A stretch of DNA of 64,000 nucleotides from contig CAZZCN010000006.1 of the NCBI GenBank assembly GCA_964652975.1, forward strand, positions 4,099 to 68,098. The letters are read 5' to 3'. Below, one piece after another: positions 48,975 to 57,259 of the stretch (within the stretch, counting starts at the first letter, position 1; each line of letters begins with the position of its first letter). A model generated the notes under the pieces. It had not been told where the DNA came from, did no database searches, and saw only the letters and a list, made by a program, of their open reading frames with translations. A program made the position numbers and the translations under genes. The stretch comes from an uncultured Oscillospiraceae bacterium. Lineage in GTDB: Bacteria > Bacillota > Clostridia > Saccharofermentanales > UBA5734.

Positions 48975-49952
48975 CTATCCCACAATGCCTGCACGCTCTA
49001 CACTTTGAACGAAAAAGCGCTGTGAGAATATATATACCAGTATAATAGGCGTCATAATCATCAATGCCGCCGCTGAACGTACAGAATTTACAAATACGGG
49101 ATTATATCCATCGACATCTGAAATTCCAAGACTCGGCAAAATGCGCACATCCCAGTTATAAACCCCCATATATTTAAGCGGGAGTAAATCAGGTGAAGTC
49201 AAAAACAATCCTGAATAGAAGGCGTCGTTGTATTGCCATACAAAAGAAAACAATACCACTGTAATGATTGTCGCAATAACATTGGGTACCATGATCCTTG
49301 AAAATATCTTAAAGGTACCTGCTCCGTCAACGTATGCGGCCTCTTCGAGCTCCTTGGGCATATTTCTGAAATTCTGTCTGAAAATATATATAAAGAGGCC
49401 GTTTTTTATTCCATTACCCGTCAAAGCCAGCAGATACATCGGCGTGTATTCATTAATCATATTAAGCGGGTGTCCTGTGATAATCGAAAAAAGTCCAAAA
49501 ATATCAAAGAAACGAAACCTGAGATAAAGAGATGCCATATATAGCTGGGGAGGTACAACAAAAGTAAAAATCACAAGGGCGAAAAAAATGTTTTTGCCTG
49601 GAAAATTAAACCGACCGAATCCGTAACCGGTTACTATGCATACAAATGTCTGGATAATCGTGATTGTAACGGTTAGAACTGTTGATGTAAAAAGACTTTT
49701 CCAGTAATCAATTATCAGGTCGGCTATATGAAACGAAAAAACGGAGAAATTTTTGGGGATGAGAAATACTGATGTGTCCAGCATATCAGCTCTGCTCAAG
49801 AACGAAGAGGAAATCATCAGGTAAAATGGATACAAAATTATAAAACTCAGTCCAGCAAGAAAAAACAACCGTACAAAGCTCCAGGAAATTTTGAGCAGTC
49901 TCTTTTTATATTTTGTAAGCATTTGAATAATTTTACTTTTAAAATCAGTCAT
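48975..49952 (-). CDS. Carbohydrate ABC transporter permease (pair 2, second subunit)
   Basis: 325 aa. EAA loop: FRNMPKELEEAAYVDGAGTFKIFSRIMVP. Confidence 0.9.
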   Translation of the reverse strand: MTDFKSKIIQMLTKYKKRLLKISWSFVRLFFLAGLSFIILYPFYLMISSSFLSRADMLDTSVFLIPKNFSVFSFHIADLIIDYWKSLFTSTVLTVTITIIQTFVCIVTGYGFGRFNFPGKNIFFALVIFTFVVPPQLYMASLYLRFRFFDIFGLFSIITGHPLNMINEYTPMYLLALTGNGIKNGLFIYIFRQNFRNMPKELEEAAYVDGAGTFKIFSRIMVPNVIATIITVVLFSFVWQYNDAFYSGLFLTSPDLLPLKYMGVYNWDVRILPSLGISDVDGYNPVFVNSVRSAAALMIMTPIILVYIFSQRFFVQSVERAGIVG

Positions 49953-50862
49953 AATAAAACACCTTCTTTGATACTAGAATTCCAGCTGTCAGCAGGATGA
50001 TCGAAACAATCAGGAAATATATCCAGGCCAGGGCGCTTGCATACCCAAACTGTATATCCACAAAGGTTTTTCTGTATATGTACTCAAGTGTCGGGTTCCC
50101 TACGCTCATAAACGAATCCACTATTGTATAGATAATATTCACCATAATCAACGGCGAGACTATCGGGAATGTCACCTTCCAGAATGTCTCCCATCCCGTT
50201 GCGCCTTCAATATATGCGGCCTCATACAACGAGGGGGAGATTCCGTTCAATCCTGCTATAAAAATAAATATCTGAATCCCGGAATGGCTTATAATGGCAA
50301 AGACTCGTTTCATCGGCTCGATTAAAAAATTTATCAGATTGGCAGGTATGCCAAGTTCCAAAAGATATTTTTCTATCTGTAAGTTTTTAAGAAGTTCGTT
50401 TACACTTGAATTATCGGCAAGAGTTTGAGTCAATTGCTGAGTATTTACACCTGAGACTTGTTGCTGAAGTCTTAAAAACACCTCTGAGGATAAAATAATA
50501 GTCAGGAAGAATATGATTTTGAAAACACCGGCTCCTTTGAATTTGTTACTTAAAATGACCGCCACAAAGAAGCTAAACACCAGGATAAGCGGGACATCTG
50601 TTATAAGCCTCTGAAGAGAAAAAGTTAAATTGACAGGGAATGACGGATCTTTGACAAATGCATAAATGTAATTGCCAAAGCCTGTAAATGTACTTTCAAT
50701 GCCGTTGTTGCCAATTCGAATTTCGCTTAGGCTGAATTGAAATGTCTGTATTATTGGAATCATAAAAAACAATACGAATCCAACACCCCACGGAATCAAG
50801 AAGAGTAATCCCTTTAAATTTTTCTTTGTAGTAAGTGTAAGGACCTTTTTCAAAATTTTCAC
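49945..50862 (-). CDS. Sugar ABC transporter permease (pair 2, first subunit)
   Basis: 305 aa. EAA loop: ISPSLYEAAYIEGATGWETFWKVTFP. The start is uncertain (GTG 50862 or TTG 50853). Confidence 0.85.
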   Translation of the reverse strand: MKILKKVLTLTTKKNLKGLLFLIPWGVGFVLFFMIPIIQTFQFSLSEIRIGNNGIESTFTGFGNYIYAFVKDPSFPVNLTFSLQRLITDVPLILVFSFFVAVILSNKFKGAGVFKIIFFLTIILSSEVFLRLQQQVSGVNTQQLTQTLADNSSVNELLKNLQIEKYLLELGIPANLINFLIEPMKRVFAIISHSGIQIFIFIAGLNGISPSLYEAAYIEGATGWETFWKVTFPIVSPLIMVNIIYTIVDSFMSVGNPTLEYIYRKTFVDIQFGYASALAWIYFLIVSIILLTAGILVSKKVFYYD

Positions 50863-50874
50863 CTCTTTTATATT

Positions 50875-53331
50875 CTAATCTACCAGAAATCCTTTTCCAG
50901 GGACAACGACTCCATCTTCCAAAAGGCAATCTGCACCGCTGTAATTGACAGTGACCTTTACTCCGTTTTCATAAATTGTCTGGTAGATATTATCATGCAA
51001 CCTGATATAATTCACTATCGGTATGTCTGCAAGCGGCTGTAAAACTTGACTGGCAGATTTTTGCATGGTCACGGCTTTTTCGATCCAGTCCAAGTAATGT
51101 GTCGATGTCAACTGGGTATAGCTTGAATCAATGATTTTTGAGGAATCAGCATAGGTTTGCACAAAATAAAGCGACGCTCCGTAGGAAACAGCCCTTAAGT
51201 AGTCGTTGGTAAAATCAGAGGAAAGATTAATAGGATTACCTGCATAGTTGAAAAGTCCGTGAAATACCATTTGAAAAAAAGGTATCTCCTCATCAGCGGT
51301 AAAATATTTACTGCTGTATAGAGGTGCGCCAACAGCTCCATTCGCATACCTGCCTGTTCTTGAAGTGACACCATTCATTATAATTTTCTTATCGGCTGCA
51401 AGTTTTTGCAGTTGCTTCTCTATTATCTGAGTCGCTGTCTGACGGTCAATCAGATTCTTTTTACTATAGTCGGCAAAACATTGGTTTCCCATATCTGCCA
51501 GGAAGATATTTGTGATGGCAAGCTTGTTATAGGAACTTAAAAATTGATCTGTCAATTTATTTAAATATGCGGGAGATATTATGTACTTTGTCGCCTGTGT
51601 TTGATTTGTAAGCATATCTTTAAGATATAGTCGGGAATAATTCTGTTCAATGGTTTTGGCAGCTTCGGAATCCAGAGTAAGACCCTTATCTGTACCTGCC
51701 GTCAAAAACGAGACGGATGGGTATAGGTCGTTTTGAACTCTTGCCAGTTTTTTTAGTTCTGCAAGGCCGCCCAATTCACCCTCAACTCTTATCTTGTCCG
51801 GGACATTCTGATTATAGGCACCGTTAAACCAGCCCGAATAAATCAGTTTAATGTTTTCGATACCGGATGATCTATACTTGTTTGCAATCAATTCCGCCTG
51901 CTTGAAAGTGGTTAATGCAGTCATTCCTGTGTAGTTGATTCCCAAAAAACTTTTAGAACTTTCAATCGCCCCCACCAGCTCCAGGAAAAACGGGATTTCA
52001 TTTTCTTTTTCTGCTTTCGGATAGCCTCTTTTGATCAATTCATCCCTATAGTCTTTTGCCATGCCTTGATAGGATGCGTTCTCGTTATAAAGAAAGCCAT
52101 ATGTTGCTTCAATATTTCCACTGTAGGCCTTGTCTTGGATCACCATTACATTTGAAGGATTGGAAGGGTCACCTAATTTGATAATATCCTGATTTTTTAA
52201 GATGAAGCTTGGAAAAACAGAATTGTATGAGCTGTTTCTTCCAGCCCTGGTCACATTTATAGTGGCAATTGCATCAGCGTCATTTATCTCACACCAAAAT
52301 GCCATGCCTCCGCTTTTCAGTCCAAACACCGGCATCGAAACAGGCATGGTGAACCCTTTCAGTTGTGCCTGTCCGATGTTTTTGTCATCAGAATAAACCG
52401 GCAAGGAAAGCTGGGAATTGATATGAATATTTTTATCAAAATTTATAAGGGATCCGCAACCGTCAGGAAGGACGATATAACCTGGCAGATCACTTTTTGC
52501 GGCTCCGAAAAATTCAAGTAGATTTACATTGGTTATAGGATTTTCCTTAGGTTCTACAATTTGTGCAACTGGTATTTTTATATTCAGTCTCCCGCTTTTA
52601 ATTGTATATTCCACCGGTATCATAAAGTACAGTTTGTCGGAAACCGACACCTTTTCACCAAATTCAGCCGCATCCGATTTTAAATCAGTCGTGGTATAAC
52701 CCGCCTTTTGAAATGCCTTGACTGCCTTGGTCGCTTTACTGCCGAATATATTGTTTTTCCAGCGAAACGCTTTTGCTTCCTTGTCTTGCTCATAACAGAG
52801 GACTATTGCCGATTTATCATCTTCACTGAGTTTTCGATTATTTGTTACAAACATATCAAAGCGTTTTTCCGAAATGATTTTTGGAATATCGTCTATTGTC
52901 AGGTCCATGTCACCGAAAGTGTATTCTATCCGCAAACCATTTTTCAGTTTAAATACTTTAAACTGATTTTTAAAAACACAATCATTAAAGCTGTACATAT
53001 TTTGCAAAGCACGGTTTTTGTAATATGAAAAGGAGAGTTGCGACCTCATTATGTCGATATATTCAGTATTGGCCAAAGCATCTGCATCTGGATTTTGCGG
53101 ATTGGTCATCCATGCTGCATTGTTGATTTTATCCTCGACAATCAAGTTTAAAGTATTGAAATCAAGCCTCAGTCGGTAACCGGTGTCTTCATAAACATCA
53201 GTTATATCCTTGCCGTTGATCTGCACATATTCAACAGAATCAGTATTGGCGGGAGCAATGGTTTGACCGGTCTTGCATCCACTTAGCATCGTGCATATTA
53301 TCATAATCAGGAAAAATATCCTCTTCATCAA
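50875..53331 (-). CDS. Large lipoprotein, DUF5696-like (possible TIM-barrel glycosidase-like C-terminal half)
   Basis: 818 aa with a lipobox (ICTMLSGC). Blocks such as IKLIYSGWFNGAYNQ, FLADMGNQCFADY and PFFQMVFHGLFNYAG are present. The family name is recalled from similar Clostridia/Paenibacillus loci and is not verified. Confidence 0.55.
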   Translation of the reverse strand: MMKRIFFLIMIICTMLSGCKTGQTIAPANTDSVEYVQINGKDITDVYEDTGYRLRLDFNTLNLIVEDKINNAAWMTNPQNPDADALANTEYIDIMRSQLSFSYYKNRALQNMYSFNDCVFKNQFKVFKLKNGLRIEYTFGDMDLTIDDIPKIISEKRFDMFVTNNRKLSEDDKSAIVLCYEQDKEAKAFRWKNNIFGSKATKAVKAFQKAGYTTTDLKSDAAEFGEKVSVSDKLYFMIPVEYTIKSGRLNIKIPVAQIVEPKENPITNVNLLEFFGAAKSDLPGYIVLPDGCGSLINFDKNIHINSQLSLPVYSDDKNIGQAQLKGFTMPVSMPVFGLKSGGMAFWCEINDADAIATINVTRAGRNSSYNSVFPSFILKNQDIIKLGDPSNPSNVMVIQDKAYSGNIEATYGFLYNENASYQGMAKDYRDELIKRGYPKAEKENEIPFFLELVGAIESSKSFLGINYTGMTALTTFKQAELIANKYRSSGIENIKLIYSGWFNGAYNQNVPDKIRVEGELGGLAELKKLARVQNDLYPSVSFLTAGTDKGLTLDSEAAKTIEQNYSRLYLKDMLTNQTQATKYIISPAYLNKLTDQFLSSYNKLAITNIFLADMGNQCFADYSKKNLIDRQTATQIIEKQLQKLAADKKIIMNGVTSRTGRYANGAVGAPLYSSKYFTADEEIPFFQMVFHGLFNYAGNPINLSSDFTNDYLRAVSYGASLYFVQTYADSSKIIDSSYTQLTSTHYLDWIEKAVTMQKSASQVLQPLADIPIVNYIRLHDNIYQTIYENGVKVTVNYSGADCLLEDGVVVPGKGFLVD

Positions 53332-53338
53332 AACACCT

Positions 53339-53959
53339 CTAAAATCTTTGTCTTAATTCTTTAAGCATCATCATTGTAAATTCAAGCATCTGTGAAAATA
53401 TATTGAAAAAAACCATAATGATAAACACCAATATCAACATGCTGCATATTGTAAGTACGGATGTGGCAAATGCTTTTGACAAGGAATAATCATGTATCTG
53501 CATGACACCGACAAACAAAAGAAATATAAACCATACCCAGGCAAAATTCAGAAAAAACGAAAGATATACGCCCTCATCCATAGATGCTATATTTGAAAAC
53601 AGAATCGCAGGCACTCTCACTAGTGTCATGGGCAGACAGGCATATCCGAAAACCATCACAATATCCTTAAAAAACCCCTTTCCGTCCATTAAAGTCGTAA
53701 CTGACCAATTGGCGACACAAAAGAGAAAGAAAACAAGAAGAACCTGTCGAAGCTCCATGATGACATCAAGCTTAACATTATACTGAGGATTAAAAAGAAA
53801 TGAAAGCCCGGTTTTCAGATAAACATTGGTTATGAACCACAACGCCATATACAAAAAGGCAATTGACAAACTTCCTCTATTCTCGTACTTTAAATCCCAA
53901 AAGCCATCAAGAGGGTGCGTCAACACATGGAAGGAAAAACGAAAATTCTTTCTAGTCAT
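53339..53959 (-). CDS. Yip1 domain membrane protein
   Basis: The ORF is open to 54016, but ATG 53959 follows GGAGGTGctgataATG. FRFSFHVLTHPLDGFWDLKYENRG and 5 TM helices are typical of Yip1 family proteins. Confidence 0.7.
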   Translation of the reverse strand: MTRKNFRFSFHVLTHPLDGFWDLKYENRGSLSIAFLYMALWFITNVYLKTGLSFLFNPQYNVKLDVIMELRQVLLVFFLFCVANWSVTTLMDGKGFFKDIVMVFGYACLPMTLVRVPAILFSNIASMDEGVYLSFFLNFAWVWFIFLLFVGVMQIHDYSLSKAFATSVLTICSMLILVFIIMVFFNIFSQMLEFTMMMLKELRQRF

Positions 53960-55406
53960 TATCAGCACCTCCGAGCCTTCCGTGCTTCCTGTGTTTATAG
54001 AACAGTCTGAATGCAAATAATAAAAAAGCTATAATAATGAGTCCGGTCAAAAGCCTGTTAAGATTTTCCCTTAAAAATTGATTGCGAAATTCCTTGAAAG
54101 CCTCGCTATATCCGCTGACATAATTTTCTCCGCGGTAATTTCCCAATTTAAAATAGTGCATTGCCTGTTTATAGTCGTTATTCTTATAATATATACTCCC
54201 AATCTGCATATATCCCAGTTCAAAATTCGCATTAAACCGTGTTATCTCCTGCCAGAGCCCCATGCTTTTCTGATATTCACCCTCGTTGTAAAGATTATAT
54301 GCCTGTCTGATTTTTGTAGCGTATTCGGACATTTTAAAGACAGTGATATTTGAATTCAGCATATCAGTCACGTATAGATAATCTCCATCAATCTCTATAG
54401 CGCTGGGAGACTTGAATGTCCCCAGCTGATTCCCCAGGTTTCCGAACGCATAGAGCATATATCCGTCCTTATTAAATACATTTATGTTTCCTGTTGCGTT
54501 ATCTATATAATAGTAGTTGTCGTAATTATCTACACAGATATCTGTAATCATTGTATTCCGGGTGATTTGAAGCATGTTGCTGTTAACAGTCAAGATGTTT
54601 TTCCCATCCGGGCTTAGCTTTTTTACCTTGTTGGCTTCATTGGTAGCTTGTGTCACAACATATAAAAATCCTGTCTTGTCCATGGTGACATTTGTATATT
54701 CCAGAGGGATAAGCCTGGTCATCTGCTCCTTTTGCTGTTTGGATAAAATCCTTTTCCATATTAATTCAAATGGTGACGGATTTACCATGTTACTACCCAG
54801 AAACCCTAGAAACGTACCATCGGAATCAAACTGCATAATGCCGTTAAACTGGTCTTTTGCAATCACGTACAGCCGCTTTTCATTGTCAACTACAAGTTTT
54901 ATTGGTTTGAAAACATAATTTTTACCAAAAATGTCACTATCAGGAACTTTTAAGACCGATAAAACATTCAGCTCGGTGTCAAATCTCACAATTCTCTGAT
55001 TTCCTGTATCTGCAACATAAATCTCGCCATCGCTGCAGACAAAAACTCCCTTAGGCTCAGAAAAGCTTGAAATTTCTCCGGAAACCTTGAAATTTTTTAT
55101 GACTTTCGTTACTTTAAATTCTGCATTGGTTACAACCACTTTATTGTCGACAGAATCGACAATATAAGCGTTATGGGTATCATCGATAAAAATGTCTGCC
55201 GGACTTTTCAGACTTTCTCCAATGTAAACCGAATCATATGAAGCCACCGGTATAAAAGGTGACGGACAGGGAGCCTGTTTCAGATAGCCCGTTCTTGTCG
55301 TGTAATTATACGCCTGGAATGGAAGGTCTGCAGATACATTCAGAAACAGTAACTGAAACACAACGGCTATGCTTGTTATGCAGGTTATAAATTTTAAGGG
55401 CTTCAT
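53952..55406 (-). CDS. Secreted NHL-repeat beta-propeller / TPR protein with a C-terminal TM anchor
   Basis: 484 aa with a signal peptide. NHL-like repeats include PKGVFVCSDGEIYVADTGNQRIVRFD and PSAIEIDGDYLYVTDMLNSNITVF. A TPR-like segment reads YNEGEYQKSMGLWQEI...GSIYYKNNDYKQAMHYFK. The C-terminal TM helix is LLTGLIIIAFLLFAFRLF. Confidence 0.7.
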   Translation of the reverse strand: MKPLKFITCITSIAVVFQLLFLNVSADLPFQAYNYTTRTGYLKQAPCPSPFIPVASYDSVYIGESLKSPADIFIDDTHNAYIVDSVDNKVVVTNAEFKVTKVIKNFKVSGEISSFSEPKGVFVCSDGEIYVADTGNQRIVRFDTELNVLSVLKVPDSDIFGKNYVFKPIKLVVDNEKRLYVIAKDQFNGIMQFDSDGTFLGFLGSNMVNPSPFELIWKRILSKQQKEQMTRLIPLEYTNVTMDKTGFLYVVTQATNEANKVKKLSPDGKNILTVNSNMLQITRNTMITDICVDNYDNYYYIDNATGNINVFNKDGYMLYAFGNLGNQLGTFKSPSAIEIDGDYLYVTDMLNSNITVFKMSEYATKIRQAYNLYNEGEYQKSMGLWQEITRFNANFELGYMQIGSIYYKNNDYKQAMHYFKLGNYRGENYVSGYSEAFKEFRNQFLRENLNRLLTGLIIIAFLLFAFRLFYKHRKHGRLGGADND

Positions 55407-55427
55407 GTTACTAGGTTACCTCCTTTT

Positions 55428-56333
55428 TTATTCTTTAATTCCAGACGATGTCATTGTTTCCATAATCAGTGACTGTGACAGTATGAAAAATGTCACAGGA
55501 ACTATCATCATAATTACAGCTGCAGCCGCACCCGCACCCGCCCTTATTATTCCGCCTGCTGAAATCTGGCTGAATGCATATCCAAGAGTCTTTAACTCCT
55601 CTTTATAAATATAGGGAGTATTTCCAACGGTCCACAGATTCTGAAAAGCAAATATCGCCAATGTAAGCCAGGCTGGCTTGACCTGTGGAAAAACAATAAG
55701 CCAAAAGGTCTTATATTCGCTTGCACCGTCTATTTTTGCAGCCTCCAGAACAGTATCGGGTATTTGCACCATGAACTGTCGCATTAAAAACAGCCCCAGT
55801 GCTGTAGCGAACGTAGGAATAATAATGGACTTATAGTCATCAAGCCAATTCAATGAAGAAATAGTCATATAATTTGCAACGTCACCCACCACAGGATTGA
55901 ACATCAATGCCAGTGTGATAAATCCAAAAAACAAAGGTATCCCGGGAGCTTTATGTTTTGCAAGCGGATAGGCAGCCATCGAGCACACCAATACATTTCC
56001 AACTGTTCCAATTATTGTAATCAGTATAGTGTTGAATATATATCTTGAGAATGGCACCCAGGTTGTGGACATAAGATCAAAAAGCATTCTATAATTTGAA
56101 AGCGTAGGGTTTTGCACAAATATTCTGGGAGGATAGATAAATATTTCATTAATGGGCTTGAATGCCTGATTAACCGCCAAAACCATAGGCATGATACTGA
56201 ACAGGCCAAAAATTGACATGATCAGGATTATGACAAAATTCCCTGCGTTGGAGCGATTTGCACTTTTACCAGCCCTGCTCCCTATGAATAATCTCTTTAA
56301 AACGGCCATTGGCTTATATTTTCTCTTCATCAC
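55428..56333 (-). CDS. Carbohydrate ABC transporter permease (pair 1, second subunit)
   Basis: 301 aa. EAA loop: IPDTVLEAAKIDGASEYKTFWLIVFP. Confidence 0.9.
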   Translation of the reverse strand: MMKRKYKPMAVLKRLFIGSRAGKSANRSNAGNFVIILIMSIFGLFSIMPMVLAVNQAFKPINEIFIYPPRIFVQNPTLSNYRMLFDLMSTTWVPFSRYIFNTILITIIGTVGNVLVCSMAAYPLAKHKAPGIPLFFGFITLALMFNPVVGDVANYMTISSLNWLDDYKSIIIPTFATALGLFLMRQFMVQIPDTVLEAAKIDGASEYKTFWLIVFPQVKPAWLTLAIFAFQNLWTVGNTPYIYKEELKTLGYAFSQISAGGIIRAGAGAAAAVIMMIVPVTFFILSQSLIMETMTSSGIKE

Positions 56334-57259
56334 TTACCAACCCTTCTCAAAAAAGACTGCACCAGTTTGTTTGATCCGATACTTAATAGAAACAGGATTG
56401 TTGCAATGGCGCATGCATAACCTCTTTCAAAACGAATAAATCCATAATCTCTTACGCTCTGCATAATAGTCTGTGTTGCGTATCCTGTGCTTGGAAAGCC
56501 TGTCATGGCGGTTGGAATGGCCTCTACTCCAAATGACGCGGTAATTGAAAGAATTGCCGAGAGTAAAAGGTGTGGCGTCATAGAAGGCAGGGTGATGTAC
56601 CAGAGTTCCTGCCACCGGTTTTTAACTCCGTCCACCATACCAGCTTCATACAATTGTCTGTCCACTGTTGCAAATCCCGCTCTCATGGCCAAAAAGGATG
56701 TCCCAAGGCTCACCCAGAGCTGAACTATTATAACAATCGCCATCATATATTGAGGATTCTGAAGCCAGGAAACCGGCTCCCTTATAAATCCGAACTGCAA
56801 CAAGAAGCTGTTCAAGTATCCGTAAATGTCTGCATCGAATATGATCAGCCAAATGGTGAATACACTTCCTGAAATGGAAGGGGCATAAAAAACAAGAGTG
56901 GTAACCTCTCTGAAACCTTTCGGTATTTCGTTGATCACCCAGGCAAAAAACATGGAGAGAAAAAAACTTAGAGGACCTGTGATCAGAGCAAAGATAAGGG
57001 TGTTTTTGACAGCTATGCCAAAAACATCATCGTTTACAAAAAGATTAATGTAATTTTGCCACCCTAAAAACTGAGGAATTTCAAATACATTATAGCTTGT
57101 ATAACTCAAAATAATTGAAAGTAGTACAGGAAAAACCGAGAAGAGGGAAAAGATTACGAAAAAAGGCAGCATAAGTATATAAGAACTTCTGTAAGATATA
57201 ATTTCTTTCAAAAAACTTTTTTTATATTTCGGAATTGATTTATCAATCATTTTATCCAC
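56330..57259 (-). CDS. Sugar ABC transporter permease (pair 1, first subunit)
   Basis: 309 aa. EAA loop: VDRQLYEAGMVDGVKNRWQELWYITLP. Confidence 0.9.
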   Translation of the reverse strand: MDKMIDKSIPKYKKSFLKEIISYRSSYILMLPFFVIFSLFSVFPVLLSIILSYTSYNVFEIPQFLGWQNYINLFVNDDVFGIAVKNTLIFALITGPLSFFLSMFFAWVINEIPKGFREVTTLVFYAPSISGSVFTIWLIIFDADIYGYLNSFLLQFGFIREPVSWLQNPQYMMAIVIIVQLWVSLGTSFLAMRAGFATVDRQLYEAGMVDGVKNRWQELWYITLPSMTPHLLLSAILSITASFGVEAIPTAMTGFPSTGYATQTIMQSVRDYGFIRFERGYACAIATILFLLSIGSNKLVQSFLRRVGK

